Assembly (NCBI GenBank): GCA_029938635.1
Contig: JAOZUQ010000005.1
Coordinates: forward strand, 1,363 to 65,362
Source: Candidatus Aminicenantes bacterium
GTDB lineage: Bacteria > Acidobacteriota > Aminicenantia > UBA2199
Reading direction: 5' to 3'
DNA length: 64,000 nt
The notes below the pieces were generated by a model. The model did not search any database. It saw nothing but the letters and a program-made list of their open reading frames with translations, and was not told the origin of the DNA. The translations under genes and the position numbers were made by a program. Positions 10,224-20,251 of the stretch are shown piece after piece (positions within the stretch are counted from its first letter, which is position 1; every line of letters starts with the position of its first letter).

Positions 10224-10943
10224 CTAATTTAGTTTGTTAAGGATATCTTCCAGCCATTTTATTTTTGCAGTCTGAATGTTAGGGCTGGGGTGTGAGTAAA
10301 GTTTAGGGTGGCCGGGAGATACGATGCCTGATGTTCTGAAATCTTCCAGAAATTTTAATGCTTTCTCTGCAAGCGGAAGCAGGCTTTTATCCCTGCCCCA
10401 TCCGAGAATTACCGGAGAATCTTTTTTGCACATCTGGAAAACCTTTTCTCTCTCCTTTTTTCTTGTTCCGGAAAAAATTGTATGGACATCATTAAAATTA
10501 ATTTCAAACTCTTTTACCCGTTTGAAGAATTTAAGGCTTTTTGGTTCTCTTAAATCCGAAAGGTTAACGATCCGGACATGGTTCCATCCCATCTCGGCCA
10601 TTATTCTCATGACCTGATATTGAGTAACATCCGGTTTTGCAAAGACCATCTCAAGAGAAGCCAGTAATGGGGGCGCTTCTTTTATAGAGAGACCGGGTTC
10701 ACGGAATCCGAATTGCCTCGGCTCTGAAGAGCCGGGATTCATCATCACAAATATCGAATCTGGTTCAGAAGAGCTCAGGGTTAATGGCTCCGGTATGCTT
10801 TTAAAATATCCCCTCCTGAATATTTCTAGGATATTCCGGCACTTGATCTTCTCTTCACCCTCAGATATAAGATCATAATAACTGCCATAAACCGTAAAGA
10901 TATCTTTCAACTCCTCAGCATAAAGGAATTTAAACATTTTCAA
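10224..10943 (-). CDS. Hypothetical protein
   Basis: 239-aa ORF, 4-nt overlap with the upstream Memo-like gene, convergent with glmS. Contains a VMMNPGSS motif reminiscent of the DUF1643 family, but this is not verifiable here. Confidence 0.5.
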   Translation of the reverse strand: MKMFKFLYAEELKDIFTVYGSYYDLISEGEEKIKCRNILEIFRRGYFKSIPEPLTLSSSEPDSIFVMMNPGSSEPRQFGFREPGLSIKEAPPLLASLEMVFAKPDVTQYQVMRIMAEMGWNHVRIVNLSDLREPKSLKFFKRVKEFEINFNDVHTIFSGTRKKEREKVFQMCKKDSPVILGWGRDKSLLPLAEKALKFLEDFRTSGIVSPGHPKLYSHPSPNIQTAKIKWLEDILNKLN

Positions 10944-11755
10944 TTAATACAGGCACTCAGGTAGCCCACAACCTGATCGAAATCACCGCTTACATATCCG
11001 GAATTTGTGTATTCGATCACTTCGCCTTTTGTCCCACCCAATTCCTTTGCAGCAGTCATCATTATATATGTTGGTGAAACTCCGCACATAGAGATCCTTT
11101 TTAAGTGAACTGTATCAAACAGCCCATCAGGATCCAGTTCTATAATTTTTTCTATAGCTAAATGGTCCAGCACCTTAGCATTTTCCGCACTGATATAATG
11201 GCTCATATCTGTAGATGCAACGATCAGAATATCATCACTATTCTCTTTAATTATTTTTCCTAACTCTATACCACCTTGTTTGATCATTTCCCTGTCATAC
11301 GTTCCTATAGTTATTGGTAATATCTTTGCTGACGGATTCAAAATCTGAATAAAAGGGACCTGTACTTCAAGAGAGTGCTCTTCTTCAGATGCAATTGTAT
11401 CAATACCGAACACACTACTAGTACCTGTGAGCTTTTCTCTCAACTCTTCATCAAGATCAATATCACCTAACGGAGTATTCCATTTCTCGTGACCGTCAAC
11501 TGCCATCACATGTCCGGATCCTCTGTGATTGACACCAAGAATAATAACCCGGCCGGGAATAATTACTTTTCCGAATCCGCTTCCTGCACATCCACCGGAA
11601 TAAACATATCCGGCATGAGGTGAGATCAATCCTATAACTTTGATCTTGTTCTCAGTTTCCTTAATAAGTTCTCCTACTTCGGTTCTTAATACCTCCCCGT
11701 CACCGGGGTAGAACATTCCCGCTACAGAAGGATATCTAGTCATATTCTCCTCCAT
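10940..11755 (-). CDS. MEMO1-family protein (AmmeMemoRadiSam system protein B-like)
   Basis: 271 aa. N-terminal YPSVAGMFYPGD and ...ISPHAGYVYSG are characteristic of Memo-like proteins. Confidence 0.8.
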   Translation of the reverse strand: MEENMTRYPSVAGMFYPGDGEVLRTEVGELIKETENKIKVIGLISPHAGYVYSGGCAGSGFGKVIIPGRVIILGVNHRGSGHVMAVDGHEKWNTPLGDIDLDEELREKLTGTSSVFGIDTIASEEEHSLEVQVPFIQILNPSAKILPITIGTYDREMIKQGGIELGKIIKENSDDILIVASTDMSHYISAENAKVLDHLAIEKIIELDPDGLFDTVHLKRISMCGVSPTYIMMTAAKELGGTKGEVIEYTNSGYVSGDFDQVVGYLSACIN

Positions 11756-11797
11756 TTCATAAAAAATTGTATCATATAGGGAAAAATATATTGAGGG

Positions 11798-13072
11798 TTA
11801 AAACGTGAGCCTGCTTTCATCAACCACAACTTCACCTGATTTGATTATTGTTTTAAAGGGATTTATCCCGAGATGATAGGCAAGGTAACTATAGTCCGGA
11901 ACATCTGCAAGAATAATGTCCATTTTCTTACCAAGAGAGATCGAACCTACACTCTTTTCTCTGTCTATTGAATAGGCCGCATTAATTGTAACAGTATTAA
12001 GAGCTTCTTCAATTGTCAGCCCCATCTTAAAAATTCCGAGATGAAAAATAAAGAATTGTGATGAGACCATTGAGCTTCCGGGATTGAAATCCGAGCCGAG
12101 AGCAACTATAGAATTTGATTCAATCATCTTTCTCACCGGAGCGTATTTATCCATCTTCAGAAAAAATGAAACACCCGGGAGTAGAACTGCCGTTGTATCC
12201 GAGTTGGAAAGTACTTCGATCTCTTCATCAGTGATCTCTATGAGATGCTCTGCAGACACCGCCCCTTTTTTTACAGCAAGGATAGCAGCATTGTTCGATT
12301 TAAACTCATCTGCATGGACCTTCAGTTTAAATCCATTCTTTTTAAGTTCTTCCAGATAGTAGTCCGCTTCGTCATAAGAGAAGTACCCATCCTCACAAAA
12401 TATATCTCCAAATTCGGCAAGGTCATCCTCTTTTACTTTCGGAACAACATCATTAACAAGAAACTTTAAAAAATCCATATTCCTTCCGGTGTATTCTTCC
12501 GGGATCTCATGGGCACCGAGAAAAGTAGGAACCAGATCAACAGGGTGAAAAGAATTTAATGCTTTTATTACCTCAAGCTGCTTCAACTCACTTTCAAGGT
12601 CAAGTCCATAACCACTCTTCGCCTCAACAGTTGTGCTCCCTGATTCAAGCATTCTGTTAAGCCTCCATTCACTTTGGGAAATTAATTCATTAAGGCCGGT
12701 TTCACGTGTCTTCCTGACACTCCCCTTGATACCTCCTCCTTTTGCAGCAATTTCCTGATAACTGACACCCTGAAGTTTCTGCCTGAATTCATCCTGTCTT
12801 GTGCTGGCAAAAGGGAGATGTGTATGTGGATCTACAAGTCCGGGAAGGGCCACAAAATTCGAACCGTCAATTACAACTGCACCACTTTTTAAAACGCAAT
12901 TTTTATTGAAATCCTCCTCAAATCCCAGAAAAGTAATAATTTCACCTGTTGAGCCTATCCAGAGATCTCTCGATATTCTAATTGAATTCAGATCCTTTCC
13001 TCTTACTACTACATCTGAAGCAGGATTAACTAATTCCCTGATATTTTTTATCAGAAGATCAATTTCTATCAT
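11798..13072 (-). CDS. hutI: Imidazolonepropionase (amidohydrolase superfamily)
   Basis: 424 aa. Motifs PGLVDPHTHL, KLQGVSY, AKSGYGL, ELKQL, PVDLV, LGAHE, KVHADE, AVSAEHL, AVLLPG, SDFNPGSS align one-for-one with characterised HutI. Confidence 0.85.
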   Translation of the reverse strand: MIEIDLLIKNIRELVNPASDVVVRGKDLNSIRISRDLWIGSTGEIITFLGFEEDFNKNCVLKSGAVVIDGSNFVALPGLVDPHTHLPFASTRQDEFRQKLQGVSYQEIAAKGGGIKGSVRKTRETGLNELISQSEWRLNRMLESGSTTVEAKSGYGLDLESELKQLEVIKALNSFHPVDLVPTFLGAHEIPEEYTGRNMDFLKFLVNDVVPKVKEDDLAEFGDIFCEDGYFSYDEADYYLEELKKNGFKLKVHADEFKSNNAAILAVKKGAVSAEHLIEITDEEIEVLSNSDTTAVLLPGVSFFLKMDKYAPVRKMIESNSIVALGSDFNPGSSMVSSQFFIFHLGIFKMGLTIEEALNTVTINAAYSIDREKSVGSISLGKKMDIILADVPDYSYLAYHLGINPFKTIIKSGEVVVDESRLTF

Positions 13073-13078
13073 TTTAAC

Positions 13079-14368
13079 TTATTCCGATTTTTTTTCTCTC
13101 TGGAATGTTGGTATATCCAATTCATCTTCAGTATTTTCAAGATTATGCTTCTTGGTCAATCCCGGAAAAGTCCCTTCATTTATATACCCCGGATTAACAT
13201 CCGTCAGATCTGCCGGAGTAATCGGCTTTTCAAATTGATAAGGAATACTTGACGGTGTATCCTTCCTTATAAAATCCTTGCTCGAAACATTGTCTGAATT
13301 ACTTCTGTGAGGCATATTTATAAGTGTAGGAGTAACCGGAAACAACTCCTCTTCACGCATCGTCTTTTTAATTTTATTTTTCTTCCCTGAATTCTCGAAG
13401 CCTGTAGCTATCACCGTTACCCGGATCATCTCGCCCATATTATCATCCTCAACTACTCCGAACTTACTCTTTACATCGGGAGATACTTCCGCATTGATCG
13501 TTTCTGCAATGATCTTCAGCTCATCACGCCTTAATGGAAGTGTGGACGATGTCGTTATATTAAAAAGAAGGCCAGTTGCTCCGCCAATAGATATGTTATC
13601 GAGTAATGGTGAATTAAGTGCTTTGTTTACAGCTTCCTCTGCTCTGTTCTCACCTTTAGACTCGCCTGTCCCCATCATCGTCATCCCCTTCTCTGCCATG
13701 GTTGTTTTTACATCGGCAAAATCAACATTCTGCATGCCGGAAGTGTTTATAATATCGGAAATACCTCTTACAGCACTCAGCAATACTTCATCAACCTTTT
13801 TATATGAATCTTTCAGCGGTATCTGCTCATCATCAATTTCAAATAATTTTTCATTGGGGATAACAATTATGGCATCGACACTTTCCAGAAGGCTTTTTAT
13901 TCCTGCCTCCGCAACTTCCATTCTATGCTTCCCCTCAAATTCAAAAGGTTTGGTCACAACGGCAACAGTAAGAATCCCCATTGATGCAGCATGATTTGCA
14001 ACAACCTGGGAAGATCCGGTTCCGGTTCCCCCTCCCATGCCGGCAGTGATGAAGATCATATCAGCGCCTTCCAGCATATCGGTTATCATCTCTGTACTTT
14101 CAAGAGCCGCTTTCATCCCTATTTCCGGATTCGAGCCGCTCCCCCTGCCTCTTGTAAGTTTCTCTCCAATCTGGAGGGTTAGTGATGGAGAATTAATATT
14201 GGATAAGTCCTGAGTATCGGTGTTTATCGCAATGAATTCCACTCCTGAGAGTTTTTCATCGATCATCCTGTTTATAGCATTCCCTCCGCCTCCTCCGAGG
14301 CCGAGCACTTTCAGAACAGCTCCATCCTTTCTCTTTTTCTTCAAAGTTATTTTAACTTCATCATTCAT
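13079..14368 (-). CDS. ftsZ: Cell division GTPase FtsZ
   Basis: 429 aa. GGGGGNA tubulin signature, full T7 loop region. Long low-complexity C-terminal linker before the conserved C-terminal peptide (DIPTFQREK). Confidence 0.95.
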   Translation of the reverse strand: MNDEVKITLKKKRKDGAVLKVLGLGGGGGNAINRMIDEKLSGVEFIAINTDTQDLSNINSPSLTLQIGEKLTRGRGSGSNPEIGMKAALESTEMITDMLEGADMIFITAGMGGGTGTGSSQVVANHAASMGILTVAVVTKPFEFEGKHRMEVAEAGIKSLLESVDAIIVIPNEKLFEIDDEQIPLKDSYKKVDEVLLSAVRGISDIINTSGMQNVDFADVKTTMAEKGMTMMGTGESKGENRAEEAVNKALNSPLLDNISIGGATGLLFNITTSSTLPLRRDELKIIAETINAEVSPDVKSKFGVVEDDNMGEMIRVTVIATGFENSGKKNKIKKTMREEELFPVTPTLINMPHRSNSDNVSSKDFIRKDTPSSIPYQFEKPITPADLTDVNPGYINEGTFPGLTKKHNLENTEDELDIPTFQREKKSE

Positions 14369-14376
14369 ATTTCCTC

Positions 14377-15600
14377 CTAGAAACCTATAAATTCCCTGAC
14401 CTTCTGAAAAAATCCACTTGAAGAATCTGGCATTACTCCCCTATTCCTCATATCAAGTAATCCATATTTAATCAGACCAAGGGAGGTAGAGAAGTCAGGC
14501 GTATTGACCTTATCGATCAACCCACCCAATCCCGTCGGTCTTCCTACCCTTACAGGAGTTGAAAATATCTCATCTGCAACTTCCAGAAGCCCATCCAATT
14601 GTGAAGTACCACCGGTAAGGACAACTCCTGCATTAATTTTATTTTCAAGCCCTTCCTGTTCTATCTTGTTTCTTATCATTTCAAATATTTCTTCTGCCCT
14701 CGGTTTTAAAATTTCAGTAAGTAATGAAGGATTTATCAACCGCATTTTCTTCCCGCCCACACTTGGTATTTCGATATTCTGGTTCCTCAGATTAGGGTCC
14801 ATCCCCATTCCATATTTTCTTTTTATAATCTCTGCTTTGTCAATGGGAGTTCTTGTCCCTATGGCCAGATCATTCGTAAAATTGAATCCTCCTACCCCTA
14901 TAGTAGATGAGAACTTTAGAGCACCTTTTTCATAAATCGCAAAATCTGTTGTACCGCCGCCGATATCGACCAATGCTACTCCCAATTCCTTTTCATCAGG
15001 TGTGAGAACAGCTTCAGCTGTAGCAATATGGGACAAAACCATTTTCAACACATCAATTTTAGCTTTTTTCAGACATATAAGGAGATTCCTGGTTGCTGCC
15101 TTGGATGCGGTAACAATAAGGATATAAACCTCAAGGCTGTTTCCTGTCATCCCGATAGGATTTTTTATATCATCCTGAGTATCAATAATGAACTCCTGAG
15201 GAAGAACATGTAATATATCCTTGTTATTGGGAAGCATAATACTGCTTCCATGAGTCACTGCCCTGTCAACATCATCTTTGGTTATTTCCCGGTTCCTTCC
15301 TCCTGTAATATTGATACTCCCTTTTGCACTAATTGACTGGACATGACTTCCGGAAATATTTATGTATGCAGATTCAACTTCGACACCTGCTGTCAGTTCA
15401 GCTTCTTTTACAGATCTCTTGATATCTTCAACAGTGTTGTTCATATCAACAATGACTCCCCTCTTTATACCTGAGGAATCAGCGATTCCGTATCCGATAA
15501 CTTCTATTTCGTCTCTCTCATCCTCTGTCTTTACCTGACCTATTATCGTACTGATCTTTTTTGTACCTATGTCTATACCGACTATAAAATTGTTTTTCAT
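14377..15600 (-). CDS. ftsA: Cell division protein FtsA
   Basis: 407 aa. Actin-like ATPase motifs (VGIDIGT..., DIGGGTTD). Confidence 0.95.
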   Translation of the reverse strand: MKNNFIVGIDIGTKKISTIIGQVKTEDERDEIEVIGYGIADSSGIKRGVIVDMNNTVEDIKRSVKEAELTAGVEVESAYINISGSHVQSISAKGSINITGGRNREITKDDVDRAVTHGSSIMLPNNKDILHVLPQEFIIDTQDDIKNPIGMTGNSLEVYILIVTASKAATRNLLICLKKAKIDVLKMVLSHIATAEAVLTPDEKELGVALVDIGGGTTDFAIYEKGALKFSSTIGVGGFNFTNDLAIGTRTPIDKAEIIKRKYGMGMDPNLRNQNIEIPSVGGKKMRLINPSLLTEILKPRAEEIFEMIRNKIEQEGLENKINAGVVLTGGTSQLDGLLEVADEIFSTPVRVGRPTGLGGLIDKVNTPDFSTSLGLIKYGLLDMRNRGVMPDSSSGFFQKVREFIGF

Positions 15601-15604
15601 TTCT

Positions 15605-16399
15605 CTAGATTATCTCCTTGTCAAATTCCAGGTAAAATCTGTTTTTGAATCTAAGATCGACACTTTTTATTATTTTCTGATTATAACCGAGTTTTTTCCT
15701 TATCTTTAGATATTGTTTCACTTTCTTCAGGTCAACATTATTCCCGGTATAGAATATTTCACTTGTCCCCTTCAATTTCAAAGCCGTACCATAAGGTTCC
15801 CTGAAACTTATGTATTCGATAATATTTCTCTTGTCGATCAGACTGGAAATACCGGGAAATATATCCTTAAGGTCTGACGGTTCTATATCCCTTATTACCA
15901 TAATGCCATCTAATTTTTTTCCGGTTTCAGAAAGAATCACACCATTTTTATCAATAACATTGTATTTTCCCTTATACAGGAACTGGAATGCCGGCTGCCT
16001 TAAACTCAGTCTTACTTCTACTGTAGAAGGTAGTTTTCTGGAGATTGAAACTTCATTGATCTCCTTGATTTCCATCAATTCATTGCTCAAATTTGTTGTA
16101 TTCAGAGTAAGGATATTTCCTCCGTATTTTTTCAATATTTCTCTGACTTTATTATTTCTGAACACAGGTGCATTGATTAGTTTAAATGAACGGATATCAA
16201 GTTTTTCCCATCCGGTCATAAACCTGCCGATAGTATAGGCCGCATATCCCGACATCAGGAACAAAACAATTATAAGAAACACATGCAGGCTCCGGATCTT
16301 TATTGACCGTATTTTTTTCTGTCTGTTTACGACTCTGTTATTGTTCTTCCTGAGAAATTCTATCTCAGTCACAGGGCCGTAACCTGCCATCTTTTTCAT
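15605..16399 (-). CDS. ftsQ: Cell division protein FtsQ/DivIB
   Basis: 264 aa. Single N-terminal TM then a POTRA-like region. Positioned between murC and ftsA. Confidence 0.75.
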   Translation of the reverse strand: MKKMAGYGPVTEIEFLRKNNNRVVNRQKKIRSIKIRSLHVFLIIVLFLMSGYAAYTIGRFMTGWEKLDIRSFKLINAPVFRNNKVREILKKYGGNILTLNTTNLSNELMEIKEINEVSISRKLPSTVEVRLSLRQPAFQFLYKGKYNVIDKNGVILSETGKKLDGIMVIRDIEPSDLKDIFPGISSLIDKRNIIEYISFREPYGTALKLKGTSEIFYTGNNVDLKKVKQYLKIRKKLGYNQKIIKSVDLRFKNRFYLEFDKEII

Positions 16400-17781
16400 C
16401 TTTTTTCTATCTCCATTAATTTTGCAAATGAGTGTGCGGTCTTAGTCAGGTCTCCGGCTGAAAGGAATACTATTGCATCACCCTCTTTTGCTTCACTCTG
16501 TAAATATGACAAAATATCCTTACTTCCATCTATATACAAAATTTCCCGGGAGCTGCTTCTTCTCATCAGATCAGCAAGTACTCCACTACTTACTCCCTCT
16601 ATTTCCTTCTGATTTGCACTATATAGTTTTGCAAGGACAACAATATCAGAGTTTTCAAATGATTTTGAAAACTCTTCCATGAGGCTTTCCAGCCTTGTAA
16701 ATCTATGAGGCTGAAACACTGCAATAATGCGACGGAATCCGCCATGATTTAAAGTATCAAGTGTTACTCTGATCTCTGTTGGATGGTGAGCATAATCATC
16801 AACTACAAGAATCTTGTCACTCCGGTACAACACCTGGAATCTCCGGTCAGGAAGTGAGAATTTTGAAAGTCCTGATATTACATCATCAATATCTATTCCC
16901 GATTCAAGTGCAGCAGAAATAGCTGCAAGACTGTTCAGGACATTATGGTGCCCACCTACATTAAGATGAACTTTCCCATTGTCAATGCCTTTAATAACCA
17001 GGTTGAAAGTTGAACCAAAAGTTCCCGGCACTATATTTTTCGCTCTTATATCTGCATTTTTTGATACACCGAATGTAATTACTTTCTTATTTATTTCGGA
17101 GAGTATCTCTTTAGAATTAGGGCAATCGATATTAATAGCAACCGAACCAAAAAAAGGGACCTTATTTCCAAAGTCCGTAAAAGCCTCCTTTAGTGATTCG
17201 AAGCTTCCATAATGGTCCAGATGATCATCTTCAATATTGGTAATAACTGCTATAGTAGGGAATAATTTTAGGAAACTCCCATCCGACTCATCTGCTTCCG
17301 CCACGAGGAACTCTGATTTACCCAATTTTGCCCCACTCTCCTCTGTCTTCAATTTACCTCCGACCACATAAGTCGGATCCTTTTTTGCTTCATTAAGAAT
17401 TGAAGCGATCATTGAAGTTGTTGACGTTTTTCCATGTGTCCCGGCAACCGCAATAGCAAATTTAACCCTCATAAGTTCAGCCAACATTTCAGCTCTGGGA
17501 ATCACCGGTATTTTCATTTTAACTGCAGTTTTAACCTCAACATTATCTCTGTTTATAGCGCTGGAATATACGAGGGTCTCAACACCTTCGACATTTTCCT
17601 TCCTGTGTCCTATATGAATTTTTATTCCGGACTTCCTCAGCCTTTCAACAACTTGACTTTCCTGAATATCAGATCCTGATATTTCAAATCCCATATTGTT
17701 CAGCACTTCAGCAATACCGGACATTCCTGCACCGCCTATACCGGCAAAATGAATTTTCCTGACTCTGCTGTGGCTAATCAT
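16396..17781 (-). CDS. murC: UDP-N-acetylmuramate--L-alanine ligase
   Basis: 461 aa. N-terminal IHFAGIGGAGMSGIAEVL, Mur ligase P-loop GTHGKTSTT. Confidence 0.9.
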   Translation of the reverse strand: MISHSRVRKIHFAGIGGAGMSGIAEVLNNMGFEISGSDIQESQVVERLRKSGIKIHIGHRKENVEGVETLVYSSAINRDNVEVKTAVKMKIPVIPRAEMLAELMRVKFAIAVAGTHGKTSTTSMIASILNEAKKDPTYVVGGKLKTEESGAKLGKSEFLVAEADESDGSFLKLFPTIAVITNIEDDHLDHYGSFESLKEAFTDFGNKVPFFGSVAINIDCPNSKEILSEINKKVITFGVSKNADIRAKNIVPGTFGSTFNLVIKGIDNGKVHLNVGGHHNVLNSLAAISAALESGIDIDDVISGLSKFSLPDRRFQVLYRSDKILVVDDYAHHPTEIRVTLDTLNHGGFRRIIAVFQPHRFTRLESLMEEFSKSFENSDIVVLAKLYSANQKEIEGVSSGVLADLMRRSSSREILYIDGSKDILSYLQSEAKEGDAIVFLSAGDLTKTAHSFAKLMEIEKR

Positions 17782-18880
17782 TAAGAAGCACCGTTTTTCT
17801 GTGTCTTGAGATATTTAGTATTAATCCGCCTATCAACAGGCTCGAGATAAGAGAACTCCCTCCATTTGAAATGAAAGGCAATGGAATTCCTTTCGTAGGA
17901 AAGATCCCTATTGTCACAGATATATTTATCATCGCCTGAAATACTATAAGAAAGGTCAACCCTGTAACAAAAAGATATGTGTATCTGTTCCCGGACAACT
18001 TTGCAATATTAAGTCCACGAACAAGAAAAAGGCTGAACATACAGACTACTAGGAAAGATCCAATCAGTCCGGCTTCCTCTCCTATTACTGCAAATATAAA
18101 ATCTGAATATGCATATGGAAGGAAATAAAGTTTTTGTACTGAATTACCGAGTCCCTGTCCGAATATCCCTCCGGATCCTATCGCATATATAGACTGAAGG
18201 GCCTGGAAACCGTATGTTGATGAATAAGCTTCCGGATTAAGAAATGCAAATATTCTTCCCATCTTTTCAGGGTTATATTTCAGAATCAGCACAAATGAAG
18301 GGAGCATGAAGATTGCTGAAGCCAAAAGATACCTGAATTTCAGCCCTGCTACAAAAAGAATAACAACAGAAATTATAAGGATAAGTGCAAATGTCCCGAT
18401 ATCCGGTTCCCTGAGAATCAGGATCTCAATGATAATAACCGGAATGAGTATAAAAAATAATTTCTTCAGATCATTAACATCTGTTTTTTTCCTGCTCAGC
18501 ATAAAAGAGAGATAAAGGATGACAGCAATCTTTGCAAATTCTGAAGGCTGGATCGTTAAATCTCCAAATTTAATCCATCTGAAACTATTATTGATCTTAC
18601 CTGTAAAAAAGACGGCAACAAGTCCTGTAATTGCTGCAAACATCGAAAAGAAGACAAAATTCCTTTCCAGGTAAAACGGCTTCTTCAGTGAAGTAATAAA
18701 AACGAGAATTAAACTTCCGATGATAAGCCATCCGATCTGCCTCTTCAAATAATAGAAGCTGTCCCCGAATTTTTCCTTGGCAAGGATAGAAGTAGAATTG
18801 TGGACCATTATAATCCCGAATAGTGTAAGCATCACTATAACTGCGATCAGGACCTTATCCACACCTATACTCTTTACCAT
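17774..18880 (-). CDS. ftsW: SEDS-family peptidoglycan glycosyltransferase FtsW
   Basis: 368 aa polytopic membrane protein. FtsW/RodA conserved C-terminal ...PTKGIPLPFISNGGSSL. Confidence 0.9.
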   Translation of the reverse strand: MVKSIGVDKVLIAVIVMLTLFGIIMVHNSTSILAKEKFGDSFYYLKRQIGWLIIGSLILVFITSLKKPFYLERNFVFFSMFAAITGLVAVFFTGKINNSFRWIKFGDLTIQPSEFAKIAVILYLSFMLSRKKTDVNDLKKLFFILIPVIIIEILILREPDIGTFALILIISVVILFVAGLKFRYLLASAIFMLPSFVLILKYNPEKMGRIFAFLNPEAYSSTYGFQALQSIYAIGSGGIFGQGLGNSVQKLYFLPYAYSDFIFAVIGEEAGLIGSFLVVCMFSLFLVRGLNIAKLSGNRYTYLFVTGLTFLIVFQAMINISVTIGIFPTKGIPLPFISNGGSSLISSLLIGGLILNISRHRKTVLLND

Positions 18881-20251
18881 TTATCCCTCTTCTATAAATT
18901 TTCGTACATCATTTTTAAAAACATCACCACGCTCTTCATAATTTTTAAACATGTCAAAGCTGGCACAGCCGGGAGCGAGGAGGACAGTCCCCCCGTTCCC
19001 GGCCAATACCTCATAGCCCTTTCTCAACGCTTCATCCAGGGTGTTAGCCCTGGTGAAAAATGTTTTTTCCGAATTTATTCCGGCTGCGATTGTCGCTGCC
19101 GCCTCTCCAATTAAAATGATTTTTTTAATTTTTCTATTTAAATATTCTTTCAGAACGGAAAAATCGCCGCCCTTATCCTTGCCCCCGAGAATCAATGCGA
19201 TATCATCTTCGATACCTGTAATAGATTTAAGGGTTGCTTCAACATTAGTTGCTTTTGAATCGTTTATGAATCTTACCCCTTTTTTTTCACCGCAGACCTC
19301 CATCCGGTGTGGCAGCCCTGTAAAACTCTTTAGTGCTTCCGACAGGTCACCCACAGATAATCCTGTTAACGAAACCGCCAGGAATGATGCCAGTATATTT
19401 TCAATATTGTGTGATCCTATAAGTGGATTCCCTTCAAGTGAGATTTCTTGTTCTTTCCCGTTTATCTTTAATGTAGCTTGATTATCAGTGAACCATCCTC
19501 CTTCATCAAAACCTGACTCTTTAACTGAGAACCAGATCTTCCTGAAGTTGCATTTATCCCGGCCATAGAAAGTTTTACGGAGGAAAAGATCATCATAATT
19601 AAGGATAACCGGATCATTCTCTGAAAGATTTTTTAGAATATTCAGTTTTGCTTCTCTGTATTCAGAGAGTGTAGGATAGCGATCAAGATGATCAGGAGTA
19701 ACATTCAGGATCATCGTTATTCCGGGCTTAAAATCTTCGATCTCTTCCAATTGAAAACTTGAAACTTCCAGGACAACTACACTTTTATCACTGATCCTGT
19801 TTACCTCCGAAATGAGCGGAACTCCTATGTTACCCGTGAGACGCGAATCAATTCCCGATCTGTCAAGAATATGGTGTATGAGGCAAACAGTTGTCGATTT
19901 CCCGTTAGTGCCGGTAACTGCTATGATCTCTGAATCGATCAATGATGAAGCAAATTCCATTTCAGATACTATTTTTACTCCCGATTCCCTTATTGGAAGA
20001 AATCTTTCATCCCTGCCGTTTACACCGGGGCTGAATATCACAAGATCAGATCCGGATAATTTTTTTATCCCCTCTTCCCCTGAAAGCAATTCCACACCCA
20101 TGTTGGCATATCCTGAAGGCAGCCTTTCCCGGTCAATATTTTTATCATCAAATATCATAATATCTGAAACACCGGGATCATCCAGGAGGAAAGAAAAAAG
20201 CCCCTCTCCTGTTCTCCCGAACCCTATGATGCCTACCTTTTTTCTATCCAT
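18881..20251 (-). CDS. murD: UDP-N-acetylmuramoylalanine--D-glutamate ligase
   Basis: 456 aa. VGIIGFGRTG N-terminus, P-loop VTGTNGKSTT. Confidence 0.9.
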   Translation of the reverse strand: MDRKKVGIIGFGRTGEGLFSFLLDDPGVSDIMIFDDKNIDRERLPSGYANMGVELLSGEEGIKKLSGSDLVIFSPGVNGRDERFLPIRESGVKIVSEMEFASSLIDSEIIAVTGTNGKSTTVCLIHHILDRSGIDSRLTGNIGVPLISEVNRISDKSVVVLEVSSFQLEEIEDFKPGITMILNVTPDHLDRYPTLSEYREAKLNILKNLSENDPVILNYDDLFLRKTFYGRDKCNFRKIWFSVKESGFDEGGWFTDNQATLKINGKEQEISLEGNPLIGSHNIENILASFLAVSLTGLSVGDLSEALKSFTGLPHRMEVCGEKKGVRFINDSKATNVEATLKSITGIEDDIALILGGKDKGGDFSVLKEYLNRKIKKIILIGEAAATIAAGINSEKTFFTRANTLDEALRKGYEVLAGNGGTVLLAPGCASFDMFKNYEERGDVFKNDVRKFIEEG